Positions 1-8,918 of a stretch of 64,000 bases of DNA are shown here, piece after piece. The stretch is taken from the IMG/VR virus record IMGVR_UViG_2061766007_002263. One strand, written 5' to 3'. Origin of the DNA: a virus. Taxonomy: Duplodnaviria > Caudoviricetes. Under the pieces are notes generated by a model, which was given only the letters and a program-made list of their open reading frames with translations, did not search any database and was not told where the DNA came from. Position 1 is the stretch's first letter. Each line of letters begins with the position of its first letter. The translations under genes and the position numbers were made by a program.

Positions 1-153
1 CCAAGGTGTATTAGGACAATATGGCGCATTTTCATACTGAATTTCCAATTCAAAGGAAACGTCAGAATATGGAATTTTGTGAACTGTTTTATACGTTTCA
101 CCCGCTTCCCAAGAGGGCTTCTTCAATATTTTAATAATTTCTGTCTTTTCCAT
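1..153 (-). CDS. hypothetical protein, runs off the window edge
   Basis: ATG at 153 (MEKTEIIKILKKPSWEAGE...), directly downstream of ORF 163-498. Confidence 0.6.
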   Translation of the reverse strand, partial: MEKTEIIKILKKPSWEAGETYKTVHKIPYSDVSFELEIQYENAPYCPNTPW

Positions 154-162
154 TTCTAACTC

Positions 163-498
163 TTACAAGTTGAAAACTACTTTCTTTTTCTTTCCACAAC
201 AGTTCTGCCGAAGTGATACATTATCTGCTCCGTACAACCAAAGGTTGTAGATTTCGTTATAATCACCGTCTGCATACATTTCTGCCAATGCACAGAATAC
301 ACGCTCACGGACAATTGAATCACCCACATCCATAAGGTCGTAAATGTCCTTTCCTTTTTTCATTCCGTTAAAGGCTTGTGAAAAAGTGAGCTTAGGATTG
401 ATTTTCGCACCAAGCTCGTCTGTCTTGTATGCTTTCATGTAGTAATCACGAACAAACGAAGTCTTTTTCCAAACTGGCTTTCCAGACCATTCTGCCAT
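163..498 (-). CDS. hypothetical early phage protein
   Basis: 111 aa ORF, AAGGAG RBS, promoter motif at 525-551. Confidence 0.8.
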   Translation of the reverse strand: MAEWSGKPVWKKTSFVRDYYMKAYKTDELGAKINPKLTFSQAFNGMKKGKDIYDLMDVGDSIVRERVFCALAEMYADGDYNEIYNLWLYGADNVSLRQNCCGKKKKVVFNL

Positions 499-732
499 AG
501 TATTTATCTCCTTATGGTATAATTATTATAACCTTACAAGATTTTTATCCTGGCAACTTAATACGCAAGTTCTTGATAGTTATCCTTAAAAATGTATCAT
601 AAAACACAAGTTTTTGCGTATTAAAAAAGCTGAGTTTTTAGCCTAACCCTTAATCTCTTTTTCCATAGTTTTCTCTTTATGGCTTATCTATTATAACCCT
701 GCCAGTCTTTTATCCTAGCAAGGTTATTTATC

Positions 733-1302
733 TTAAGCAAGACCTTCTTTTTCTCGCCAAGCCTTTTCTTTTTCTGCGTATTCTTTCTGACGAGTTATTT
801 CAGATTTGTATTGCCATTCCCAATTGTGTTCTTCGTCAGTCCAAGCGTGTCCGATTGTCTGTCCGTTGCTTCCACCCTCTTGACTGTTGTAGGAATAATT
901 GATAGACATTCCATAGCCAACATTTGGGCAAAGTTTAGAAAAGTCTTCTTCTGAACCATAGTAACCTTTCTTGTTACGCTTGTACCAAAAGTTTCCACCA
1001 AAATTGGTAATTCGCATTTCTTTCCAAGCGTTCCAAAGAATTGTAAACTTGCTTGCAAAGTCTTCGCTTTCGATTTCCAAGTAGTATTCGCCACGGCTTT
1101 CAATCCATTCATACTTAAACTTTAAGTCAATCTTGCTTTCCTTGCAAATCTGCGAAATTAACTGTGGAAGATTTTCAAGCATTTTCTGCTTGCCGATTTC
1201 AACACGCTTTTTACAGTCGTCACGGTAAGCGTCCATTAACTTGCACTGTTCCAAGCCGTAGTGTTCAATAGCCCACTCATCTTCTGCGTACTTATCTTTC
1301 AT
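733..1302 (-). CDS. hypothetical protein, paralog of 5319-5948
   Basis: 189 aa; shared GGSNGxx(I/L)GHA motif. Confidence 0.8.
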   Translation of the reverse strand: MKDKYAEDEWAIEHYGLEQCKLMDAYRDDCKKRVEIGKQKMLENLPQLISQICKESKIDLKFKYEWIESRGEYYLEIESEDFASKFTILWNAWKEMRITNFGGNFWYKRNKKGYYGSEEDFSKLCPNVGYGMSINYSYNSQEGGSNGQTIGHAWTDEEHNWEWQYKSEITRQKEYAEKEKAWREKEGLA

Positions 1303-1510
1303 AAGTACCTACCTTGTCGCCATATTCATAGCCCATAATACCGTGTTCAACATTACGAGCATCGTCAAATGGACTGTTTGCAACAATTTCTGCAACTGCT
1401 ATCGGCATACCATCTTTTTGGTCTGTCCTAGCGTGAATCCTTACACCGTACTGCTTGCAGAGTTTGTCAAGTTTATCAACAAATCTGTCAAGTTTTACAC
1501 TGTCTTTCAT
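1292..1510 (-). CDS. hypothetical protein
   Basis: 72 aa, AGGAG RBS, promoter at 1535. Confidence 0.75.
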   Translation of the reverse strand: MKDSVKLDRFVDKLDKLCKQYGVRIHARTDQKDGMPIAVAEIVANSPFDDARNVEHGIMGYEYGDKVGTYER

Positions 1511-1596
1511 AGTTTAATCTCCTACATAACCAAGATTATAACCTTGTTGCTTCTTTATCCTGTATGTATAAATTTCGAGTTCAAATCTAAATTTAA

Positions 1597-1622
1597 AAAT
1601 CCCTAGAAAAAACTAGGGATTT
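1597..1622 (-). terminator. intrinsic terminator
   Basis: AAATCCCTAG/CTAGGGATTT inverted repeat just after the stop of 1630-2268. Confidence 0.7.
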
Positions 1623-1629
1623 CTAGTGG

Positions 1630-2268
1630 TTATCTGTTATGATTTCTCCAACTGCCTTTTTGAATAATCAGTTCTTTCGGCTTATTTTTAATAAAAACAC
1701 GGTAACACTTGCCGAATTTATCAGCTTCTACATAATCGATGTCGTTCAGTTTTACGGTCTTGAAACCTTTATACTTATTGACGATTGAAAGCACTTTTGG
1801 TGTTGCCTTGAATTTATACATTTTATTTATGCCAGAACTCTCACAACGGTCATAGTGTTTTTTGTCGGCGGCGGTAACAATCTTCAAGTCTTTTACATAG
1901 GAAGTATTGTTGTCCATTTCGTAAACACTATGCTTTCTGTCAAGCAAGTAGTACGTCTGCTTGTTGACAAGTTTACCAGAGCCGTTCCAAAGCGTATCAC
2001 CACGAACATTTTCAAAATCTTCTTCGACAATGTTCAAAGTATCAACTGTCGAATATAGCTTCAAGTCCGCACCACTTATATAATAAACGCTCATGTAGAT
2101 TCTACGAACAGTCTTTCCACCGTCTTTTGTCAAATCCATTTTGCCGAATTCGCCTTGTGTGCCTCTCATTGTCTTTGCATTAAAAACATAGCCTTCCACA
2201 AGCAATTCAGAAAGTCTATCAGTATAAGACTTGACGATTTCCTTTAACTTGATAATTCCATTTTCCAT
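1630..2268 (-). CDS. hypothetical protein (start revised to MENGIIK)
   Basis: AAGGAG RBS before ATG 2268; the track start lies upstream of the promoter motif. Confidence 0.75.
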   Translation of the reverse strand: MENGIIKLKEIVKSYTDRLSELLVEGYVFNAKTMRGTQGEFGKMDLTKDGGKTVRRIYMSVYYISGADLKLYSTVDTLNIVEEDFENVRGDTLWNGSGKLVNKQTYYLLDRKHSVYEMDNNTSYVKDLKIVTAADKKHYDRCESSGINKMYKFKATPKVLSIVNKYKGFKTVKLNDIDYVEADKFGKCYRVFIKNKPKELIIQKGSWRNHNR

Positions 2269-2361
2269 AGTGTTTTGTCTCCTTGCACTTACAAAATTAT
2301 AACCTTGCAGAGTTTCTATCCTGTTAGTACGAATCACTTCCGAAGATAACTTTACCATTTG

Positions 2362-2622
2362 TCATTTTTTCAAAAGGTCAAGAACTTCGTCACGAACTTC
2401 TGAAACAGAATCTTCCAATTTATCTACGTCAAGTTTTACACCAAAGATTTCTGCAAGTGTATTAAAGGCATCACGAACCTTGTCACAAAGTTCATCTTCA
2501 TAAGCCAAGCAAGTTCCGACCAAAAAATACTTCTTTCCGTCTTTTTCAACGGTCATTGTTTCACACTTGCGAAGTTCACTTGCCTTGTTCTGCATCATTT
2601 CTCTTACAGTAAGTTTTTTCAT
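2362..2622 (-). CDS. hypothetical protein (start revised to MKKLTV)
   Basis: AAGGAG RBS, promoter at 2647. Confidence 0.75.
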   Translation of the reverse strand: MKKLTVREMMQNKASELRKCETMTVEKDGKKYFLVGTCLAYEDELCDKVRDAFNTLAEIFGVKLDVDKLEDSVSEVRDEVLDLLKK

Positions 2623-2686
2623 AGGTATCTCCTTTTCAATAAAAAAATTATAACCTTGCAAGATTTCTATCCTGCAAGGTTATTTC

Positions 2687-2872
2687 TTACCACTGACCAC
2701 TTAAATCTTCATAAGTGTCGTTATCTTCAACGCTTACTGTTTCAATGTATTCCGCATTATTCTCCAACGCGGCGGAAGAAAAAATCGGGATTTCTTCAAA
2801 CTTTGCTTTGACCTCGCCCAGGTCCTTTCCTTCAATCACGATTTCACTTTTGAATGTTATGCGGACTTTCAT
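2687..2872 (-). CDS. hypothetical protein
   Basis: 61 aa, GAGG RBS, start overlaps the upstream stop. Confidence 0.7.
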   Translation of the reverse strand: MKVRITFKSEIVIEGKDLGEVKAKFEEIPIFSSAALENNAEYIETVSVEDNDTYEDLSGQW

Positions 2873-2955
2873 TAAAACCTCACTACTTCAAATCGGTCAT
2901 AAACATCGGCACCTGCAAAAGCGTAGCCGTCATAGTTTTCTTTAATTACAAACAT
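2872..2955 (-). CDS. 27-aa microprotein MFVIKENYDGYAFAGADVYDRFEVVRF (below track cutoff)
   Basis: AAGGA RBS; fills the gap exactly and its stop is coupled to the next start. Confidence 0.5.
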   Translation of the reverse strand: MFVIKENYDGYAFAGADVYDRFEVVRF

Positions 2956-2969
2956 AGCGATTCTTCCTT

Positions 2970-3221
2970 TTATACTCTTCCAACTTCTTTTTCGTATACG
3001 CTACAAGCACCCATAACAAAATTATGAAGTTTTGTAAAGTCCACGCTGTCGTTGCTTACAATAAAAGACGGAACTGGACAAAGCAAATCGTCATCGACAG
3101 TCCAAAGATAGAACTTCTTATCATTGTCGTCTGATTGTTTCCGTCTGACTTCGTATTCCCAATTATTGTCGCTTACAAAGTGAATGGTAAGGTTAAGAAG
3201 GAAAATGTCCTTTTTGTCCAT
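2970..3221 (-). CDS. hypothetical protein (start revised to MDKKD)
   Basis: AAGGAG RBS, promoter at 3249. Confidence 0.7.
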   Translation of the reverse strand: MDKKDIFLLNLTIHFVSDNNWEYEVRRKQSDDNDKKFYLWTVDDDLLCPVPSFIVSNDSVDFTKLHNFVMGACSVYEKEVGRV

Positions 3222-3296
3222 TGTCGTTAATCTCCTTATGTTTTTGTAATTATAGCCTTGCATTAGGCTTATCCTGACACAAGGCTATTTTTCAGA

Positions 3297-3593
3297 TTAA
3301 TTAAGTCCGTTTACGTCTTCTCTTTGGTCGATACCGACTACGGAAATTGCACTACGAACCTCATCATAGAATTCTTCGGTAGTACAAATCGTCTCAAAAT
3401 AATGAATGTTTTTGTTTACAGTCATATACATATCGTCTTGTTCCTCAACAGAAAGGTCGTCCCAAGTAATCTTACCTTCCATAATTTCGTCAAAATCACG
3501 GATAAGGTCGTCCTTATCAAAAACGACATAATCCATTACGTCCTCAAATACTTCTGCTGGCTCTCCGTTTTCAAAGTCAATCGTAATTTTCAT
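3297..3593 (-). CDS. acidic hypothetical protein
   Basis: 98 aa, very D/E-rich, GGAG RBS, promoter at 3621. Confidence 0.75.
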   Translation of the reverse strand: MKITIDFENGEPAEVFEDVMDYVVFDKDDLIRDFDEIMEGKITWDDLSVEEQDDMYMTVNKNIHYFETICTTEEFYDEVRSAISVVGIDQREDVNGLN

Positions 3594-3657
3594 TGTTTCT
3601 TTTCTCCCTACGATATTTTTATTATAGTCCTATTAAGTTTGTATCCTTTAAAAACTC

Positions 3658-3963
3658 TCAACAATAAAAGTCAAACGCTCCGATACCACCATGTTCGTCT
3701 ATGATTGTATTGATTTTCTGGTCAAAGGTCATGTCTTTTTTCCGGTCCTTGTCGCTCTTAAACACATTGTAGCCAAAATCCTCAATTGTGGCGCATACCA
3801 GATAGCTTATGTTACTAATGTCCGTTTCTATCGGCTCTGGACGCTTTAAAACGGCATATGCAATCCAGTCCATGTCGCACCATTCTGATTTCGGCATATT
3901 TTCGTATTCCTCAACAGAATTAAGAGGTGTCCACTGTCCATAAGCGTTTACTGTCATTGACAT
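3658..3963 (-). CDS. hypothetical protein
   Basis: 101 aa, AGGAG RBS. Confidence 0.75.
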   Translation of the reverse strand: MSMTVNAYGQWTPLNSVEEYENMPKSEWCDMDWIAYAVLKRPEPIETDISNISYLVCATIEDFGYNVFKSDKDRKKDMTFDQKINTIIDEHGGIGAFDFYC

Positions 3964-4073
3964 GGTTTTAATCTCCTATCGCTATTTAAGCTTATCTTTT
4001 AATTTCTGCATATTTTCATTACTTTTAAAAAATTATAGTCTTACAAGGTGTCTATCCTTGCAAGACTTAATCT

Positions 4074-4688
4074 TTACTCCGCCGCAACCCCAATCACATA
4101 GTATTTGTGAATCTCACGGACAACCGTTCCGTTCTTTACGGATTTGGGCATAGATTTTACATTTTTGGAAACAATACTGAACTCTGCCTTTTCTTCCGAA
4201 CCAGATACAAGAACTTTTGACTTTTCCCACCAAGCGAATCCATTATTTTCAAGAACATAGTTTTTCGCTTTTTTGTCCGCAAGCTCTTGTGTCTTTTCAG
4301 TACTTAATGTTTTCGTATGTCCGTTATTGTCTTCCGTGTAGACAGAAAACATTGTCTGATAGACTGGCTTATTGTTACTAGAACGCTTTGTTTTTTTCAC
4401 AGACCAGACTTCATAGCCGACAATACCCAAGTCCATCGCTTCGCAAGACCATTTCGCCACATTATTACATACGTTGTCAATCATTTCGGCATACTTTTTC
4501 TGTCTCATGAAGTTTTTCAGATTTGTTTCAGTACACTTGTCAAAGACTTTATGTATCTTTTTCAAGTTTGAGCAAGTGTTCCAATCACCACTGTAAATAT
4601 CGTTACTGTCAGACCATGAATCAATTTCATTTGAGTTTAAAAAGCCTTTTGGCAGTTTAACCATTTTAGTAATAATACGAGCACCCAT
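4074..4688 (-). CDS. hypothetical protein
   Basis: 204 aa, AAGGAG RBS, promoter at 4717. Confidence 0.8.
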   Translation of the reverse strand: MGARIITKMVKLPKGFLNSNEIDSWSDSNDIYSGDWNTCSNLKKIHKVFDKCTETNLKNFMRQKKYAEMIDNVCNNVAKWSCEAMDLGIVGYEVWSVKKTKRSSNNKPVYQTMFSVYTEDNNGHTKTLSTEKTQELADKKAKNYVLENNGFAWWEKSKVLVSGSEEKAEFSIVSKNVKSMPKSVKNGTVVREIHKYYVIGVAAE

Positions 4689-4931
4689 AGTACTTTATCT
4701 CCTTATGTCCTCATGGATTATATAGTTATTAAGCTTTTATCCTCGAAACGCTTGCAAACTTACCACGACAATTATCTTTTAGTGAAACGTTGTACGCTCC
4801 GTTAAACCCTAAGTTGTAGACTTCACCGTAGTTATTGTTGGTATAATCTTGCAAAGACTTTATTCCCCAAGAAAAAAAACTCCGTCAAACCTTGTAGAAA
4901 GTCTGACGGTTTATGTGTAGCAAAAAAATCC

Positions 4932-5204
4932 TTACCAACGATAGATTTCTTTCAAAGGTCCTTTACGCTTCTTTGTCTGTCCGAAATGCGTTACATGATA
5001 ATAGCCACACTCTTTACAGTAGTATTTCCTTTTAGGCTTGTCATTGCCCCTTCCGATATGCGAGGAAGTCCGATGTCCTTTCAATCTTGCGAGCTGTTCA
5101 CCTGCTTCACGCTCCGTAAGGCACTGTTTTCCACATACGCAATACCGTACCTTAGACTGACCGAAATCTCCAATAAAATCTTTCATAGTCCTATACTTTG
5201 CCAA
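4932..5204 (-). CDS. small Zn-binding protein
   Basis: CVCGK...YYCKECGYYH motifs; TTG start, exact start uncertain. Confidence 0.65.
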   Translation of the reverse strand: MAKYRTMKDFIGDFGQSKVRYCVCGKQCLTEREAGEQLARLKGHRTSSHIGRGNDKPKRKYYCKECGYYHVTHFGQTKKRKGPLKEIYRW

Positions 5205-5318
5205 GATAACCGATTGTTACTATGACCACCTGAATCTATCTCAGCTTGCAAAATAAAGGCAGTCAAGCCTACTTAAAAAAACTTTGTGAACCACCGAAAA
5301 AAATCGGTGGAATTATCA

Positions 5319-5948
5319 CTATTTTTTGTTAGGAATTTCAGAATCCCAAGCCAACTGACGCTCGAAATCTTCCTTGTTGCGTTCAAGCCGTCTTGCTTTT
5401 TCAGTTTGGATTTCCCAACCCTTTTCTTTAGAAAAGAAAGCGTGTCCGAGTTCTATGCCGTTAGAACCACCACCCCACATTTTAAGTGAATAGTAGATGT
5501 CGATTGAAAATCCGATTTCCGCGTCTTTTGAAGTATCAATGTCCTCGTATTCCCAACCACCATAGTACTTTTGTTTTGCGCCTTTCTTACCAGAGAAACG
5601 AATCCAAGTATAACCGTAGTTAAAGTTTCCGACAGTGATTTCCTCAAATGCCGCGTTAAGATAAAGGCTTTCTTTGTTAAGATTCTGGCTTTCATAGCTT
5701 ATGCCCAAACCATTTCTGCCGTGAACGACTTTGAAATCAAAGTTACAATTAAACCCAAAAGTCTTGTTGATAAGGTCGAAAAGACCTCTCATGATTCCGC
5801 TTGAATAATCCGCAATTTTTGCGAACAACTCTTCTTCACGGTGGATTTGTCCGTTATACCAGTCAACAAATGAATCCGTCCATTCTTTACCGTTCTTTTT
5901 AAGAAGGCCAGCATAAATAGAGCCGCTTTTTTCGATTCTTAATGTCAT
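5319..5948 (-). CDS. hypothetical protein, paralog of 733-1302
   Basis: 209 aa; GGGSNGIELGHA; promoter at 5977. Confidence 0.8.
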   Translation of the reverse strand: MTLRIEKSGSIYAGLLKKNGKEWTDSFVDWYNGQIHREEELFAKIADYSSGIMRGLFDLINKTFGFNCNFDFKVVHGRNGLGISYESQNLNKESLYLNAAFEEITVGNFNYGYTWIRFSGKKGAKQKYYGGWEYEDIDTSKDAEIGFSIDIYYSLKMWGGGSNGIELGHAFFSKEKGWEIQTEKARRLERNKEDFERQLAWDSEIPNKK

Positions 5949-6033
5949 TGTATCATAATCTCCTTACGGTTTACTTATTATAGTCTTACTTCAAGGCTAT
6001 CCTTAAAAGCCATAGCCTTGAAGTTTTCAAGGA

Positions 6034-6471
6034 TTATTCCTCAAATGGAATTCCATTATCAGAACAGTATTCCTGAATCGTTTTCAACGGAACACGGATA
6101 AGTTCCGACTGCCGCTCATTTATGTCAACGAGCCTTTGATACAAGCTGCTCTTGTCAGTAGCTAAAGGCTGGTCAACATAACTGCGCTCAACAATCTTCC
6201 AGCCCTTAATGTAATAAGTTCCGTTATCGTCTCCGTTTGCAAGGTTCGAATAAACGTCTACCCCAAGCGAAAGACCATCTCCGAAAAAATTCCCTATGAC
6301 AGTCGTAAGATATGCCCAACCATAGTCGTCACCCGTAGGCTCACGGAAACCTTTCATTTCACAATACGCAAGGAACGCTTCGATACTCTCAACACCACCG
6401 TTCCAGTGAACATAAATGCCGACACCTTTTTCCCTTTCAATCGCACTTGCGATAATAGCCCGGTTTCCCAT
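6034..6471 (-). CDS. phage protein of the MGNRA...YxHWxG type, function unknown
   Basis: 145 aa, AAGGAG RBS. Confidence 0.75.
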   Translation of the reverse strand: MGNRAIIASAIEREKGVGIYVHWNGGVESIEAFLAYCEMKGFREPTGDDYGWAYLTTVIGNFFGDGLSLGVDVYSNLANGDDNGTYYIKGWKIVERSYVDQPLATDKSSLYQRLVDINERQSELIRVPLKTIQEYCSDNGIPFEE

Positions 6472-6488
6472 AAAATTGCTCCTTTTTA

Positions 6489-6767
6489 TTAAGAAGGTAT
6501 CTTAATACCTTCCAGATAACCTTTATTTTCCCATTCATTCGGAATGTCGTACTCTTCAAGTTCTTTTGCTTCAAGCACACGGTCAAGATAAACAACCGTC
6601 AATGTGTTGGACAACAATACGGAACGTATGACCCCGACATCTTTAGGAAGCGTCATGGGTCCCAGTCCATGTTTCAGTACATACTGGAATCCTTTTCCGG
6701 CTTTCTTGCCGTAAGAAATACGGTCTGGGTCACCATTACCTTTCCTATCTACAAGCACAAATGCCAT
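6489..6767 (-). CDS. hypothetical protein, possibly DarA_C-like domain
   Basis: YVLKHGLGPMTLPK...YLDRVLEAKELEEYDI resembles that domain pattern. Confidence 0.55.
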   Translation of the reverse strand: MAFVLVDRKGNGDPDRISYGKKAGKGFQYVLKHGLGPMTLPKDVGVIRSVLLSNTLTVVYLDRVLEAKELEEYDIPNEWENKGYLEGIKIPS

Positions 6768-6783
6768 TTTCTCGTTTCCTCTT

Positions 6784-7059
6784 TTAGCTTATACGGCAGA
6801 ACTGAATCTCGCCCTCGAACAATGCGCTGTCGAAAAGTGCCTGTGATTCTTCAGAAGTGTATTCGTTGCAGAAGTCTTCGAACTCTTTTTCTCCCACCAA
6901 ATCAAAAAACTTTGTTGCATAATCATAGCTTGTGGCGAAGACTACCTCGTAGGATTCCTCGTCATTCTCGACCACGAAAATAAACTGCGCAAGTTTATGG
7001 CAGACTGGTATTTCCTTATAGTCCCAAGTATTGACAAGCTCCTTATAGCTTTTTTCCAT
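6784..7059 (-). CDS. acidic hypothetical protein
   Basis: 91 aa, AAGGAG RBS, promoter at 7087. Confidence 0.75.
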   Translation of the reverse strand: MEKSYKELVNTWDYKEIPVCHKLAQFIFVVENDEESYEVVFATSYDYATKFFDLVGEKEFEDFCNEYTSEESQALFDSALFEGEIQFCRIS

Positions 7060-7121
7060 AGTTGTTTATCTCCTTACATTCTACAGATTATTCTCTTGTC
7101 TAGCGTCTATCCTTCAAAAAT

Positions 7122-7144
7122 AAGGTGGCTGTTTGAGCCACCTT
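7122..7144 (-). terminator. intrinsic terminator
   Basis: AAGGTGGCT/AGCCACCTT stem after the ATPase stop, T-rich tail on minus strand. Confidence 0.7.
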
Positions 7145-7153
7145 TATAATTAT

Positions 7154-8116
7154 TTAATTGTAGTAATCAAAAGTTTCACCACAAAGCTGAAGCGCGGTGG
7201 ACACATGGCTTTCAGTAATCCCGTTGCTCTCATGCATATCCGCGATTGTTCTCGCAACTTTTATGATTCCACGTTTTACAAGAGCGGAAATACCTTTTAT
7301 TTCACAATAGCTTTCGAGCATGGTTGTTTCGCTCTTTCCCATAGGACAATAGGTTGACACCTCATCCGGCGTAAGGTCAGCGTTCAGTTTGCCCTGCCGC
7401 TTATACTGGAACTCCTGTCCTTTTTTAATCAGCTCACGCAGCTCTTCCAGTGTCCGTTCAGGCTCAAATGTCGTATGCGTCTCATAGAGCATTACACGTA
7501 TCTCCATACGGTCAAGAAGCGGTCCGCTGAACTTCTTCCAATACTGTTCTATTGAACGTGCTGAGCAAATACAAATACGGTCAGAGCCATAATTTCCACA
7601 TGGGCAAGGACTTGTAACCATAGCCAATTGAAAATCGGCTGGATACACATAACATTTACCCGCACGGCTCAACGTAACTGATTTTGTTTCCAGAGGAACA
7701 CGAAGCATTTGAAGAACAGACGTTCTGAATTCCGCCACTTCGTCAAGAAAAAGCATACCTTTATGCGCAAGGCTTATCTCACCCGGTTTGCAGTCGATGC
7801 CACCGCCGCACATACCTTCCAGAGAAGCAGTTTGATGCGGCATACGGAAAGGACGTGGTGTTTTCAAGTCGTCAGGACGTGGTATCCCCGCTACTTCGTA
7901 GATTTTATTGACTTCTTTCATCTCGTCTGCCGTAAGTTCCGGCATGAGCATAGGAAACATCGTAAACATCGCGGTCTTACCACAGCCAGGACTTCCTACG
8001 GCTATAATGTTGTGCCGACCACATACGGCTACAGCCATAGCATACTTCAGAAAATCAATGTTTTTTCCCTTAAAGGAATCAAACTTCTTATCATCAGCTT
8101 TCTCGAACTCAACCAT
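7154..8116 (-). CDS. comM: YifB/ComM-family Mg-chelatase-like AAA+ ATPase, N-terminally truncated
   Basis: GSPGCGKT Walker A, RPFRMPHQTAS, PGEISLAHKGMLFLDE, PCPCG, KFSGPLLDR, KVARTIAD. Confidence 0.85.
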   Translation of the reverse strand: MVEFEKADDKKFDSFKGKNIDFLKYAMAVAVCGRHNIIAVGSPGCGKTAMFTMFPMLMPELTADEMKEVNKIYEVAGIPRPDDLKTPRPFRMPHQTASLEGMCGGGIDCKPGEISLAHKGMLFLDEVAEFRTSVLQMLRVPLETKSVTLSRAGKCYVYPADFQLAMVTSPCPCGNYGSDRICICSARSIEQYWKKFSGPLLDRMEIRVMLYETHTTFEPERTLEELRELIKKGQEFQYKRQGKLNADLTPDEVSTYCPMGKSETTMLESYCEIKGISALVKRGIIKVARTIADMHESNGITESHVSTALQLCGETFDYYN

Positions 8117-8184
8117 AGTTTTTATCTCCCTATGTGTTTGATTATTATACTCTTGTAAATGTTCTATCCTTTAAGTAATTAAAA

Positions 8185-8213
8185 AAGTCGGCGGCTTGAA
8201 AAACCACCGACTT
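8185..8213 (-). terminator. intrinsic terminator
   Basis: AAGTCGGTGG/CCGCCGACTT stem followed by a T run on the minus strand. Confidence 0.7.
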
Positions 8214-8221
8214 GCTTAGTT

Positions 8222-8851
8222 TCAATCGTATAATTCGCTCATCTTGTATAAAGATTCAACCGAATTATTTGGGTCAAGAATCTTGCGTATCTTGGCAAGG
8301 TCTTTTTCTGGAATAGCACGGTACAACCATGAATGTCCGTATTGGTATGGCTTTCCGTTCACTTCGACCTCATACATTCCGTATGTTTTCAGAACTATGC
8401 AGTCAAGCGTATAGCCATGTATATCTCGTAAGCAATTTTCAATCCATTTCTTATAGTAATTGTCAGAATATCCGTACTCAATCCGCGCTTTTTCCCAAAG
8501 TGCTTTGGCATATTCATTGGCGATTGTTTCTCTTTCGTCCTCATGCTCTTTAAGGCACTTTTCCTGTTCCGGAGTACCTGCGTTCATGTCGTTAAGGTGG
8601 TACTTCTCCCACAAATCCTCAATCAAGTTATACAACTTATTATGCTTAAAATATGGCTTGACAGTATCCAAACACTGTCCGCCAGCATGGATATCAGTAT
8701 GTTTGGAATTCCAAACTTTACCAGATACAGTAAAAGCTGGTTTATCAGTGTCCGCGTTTTTCAGCGCAACCTCCAGATTCACGACATTAATCTTACGCCC
8801 TGTTTTATGGTAATCAATTTTTCCAAAATCAAGTGTTCTATACAAATCCAT
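8222..8851 (-). CDS. conserved-looking phage hypothetical protein
   Basis: 209 aa; GGQCLD, HLNDMNAGT, YQYGHSW motifs; promoter at 8874. Confidence 0.8.
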   Translation of the reverse strand: MDLYRTLDFGKIDYHKTGRKINVVNLEVALKNADTDKPAFTVSGKVWNSKHTDIHAGGQCLDTVKPYFKHNKLYNLIEDLWEKYHLNDMNAGTPEQEKCLKEHEDERETIANEYAKALWEKARIEYGYSDNYYKKWIENCLRDIHGYTLDCIVLKTYGMYEVEVNGKPYQYGHSWLYRAIPEKDLAKIRKILDPNNSVESLYKMSELYD

Positions 8852-8918
8852 AATTAAAACCTCTTTTACAAGAATTATAATCTTGCGAGTAATTTATCCT
8901 GTAACAGTTTGTTTTTAG

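Noticed and set aside
546-666. TAG read-through after MEKEIKG suggesting stop-codon reassignment
   Set aside because: Long genes are intact in code 11 and several end in TAG at expected termini (e.g. gp46-like ATPase, helicase)
1570-1595. GAGTTCAAATC resembling a tRNA T-loop
   Set aside because: No acceptor, D or anticodon stems; no tRNA recognised anywhere in the window
2269-3263. Shared N-terminal (M/L)QGYN peptide in three track ORFs
   Set aside because: Artefact of translating through the promoter motif; true starts are downstream at the RBS
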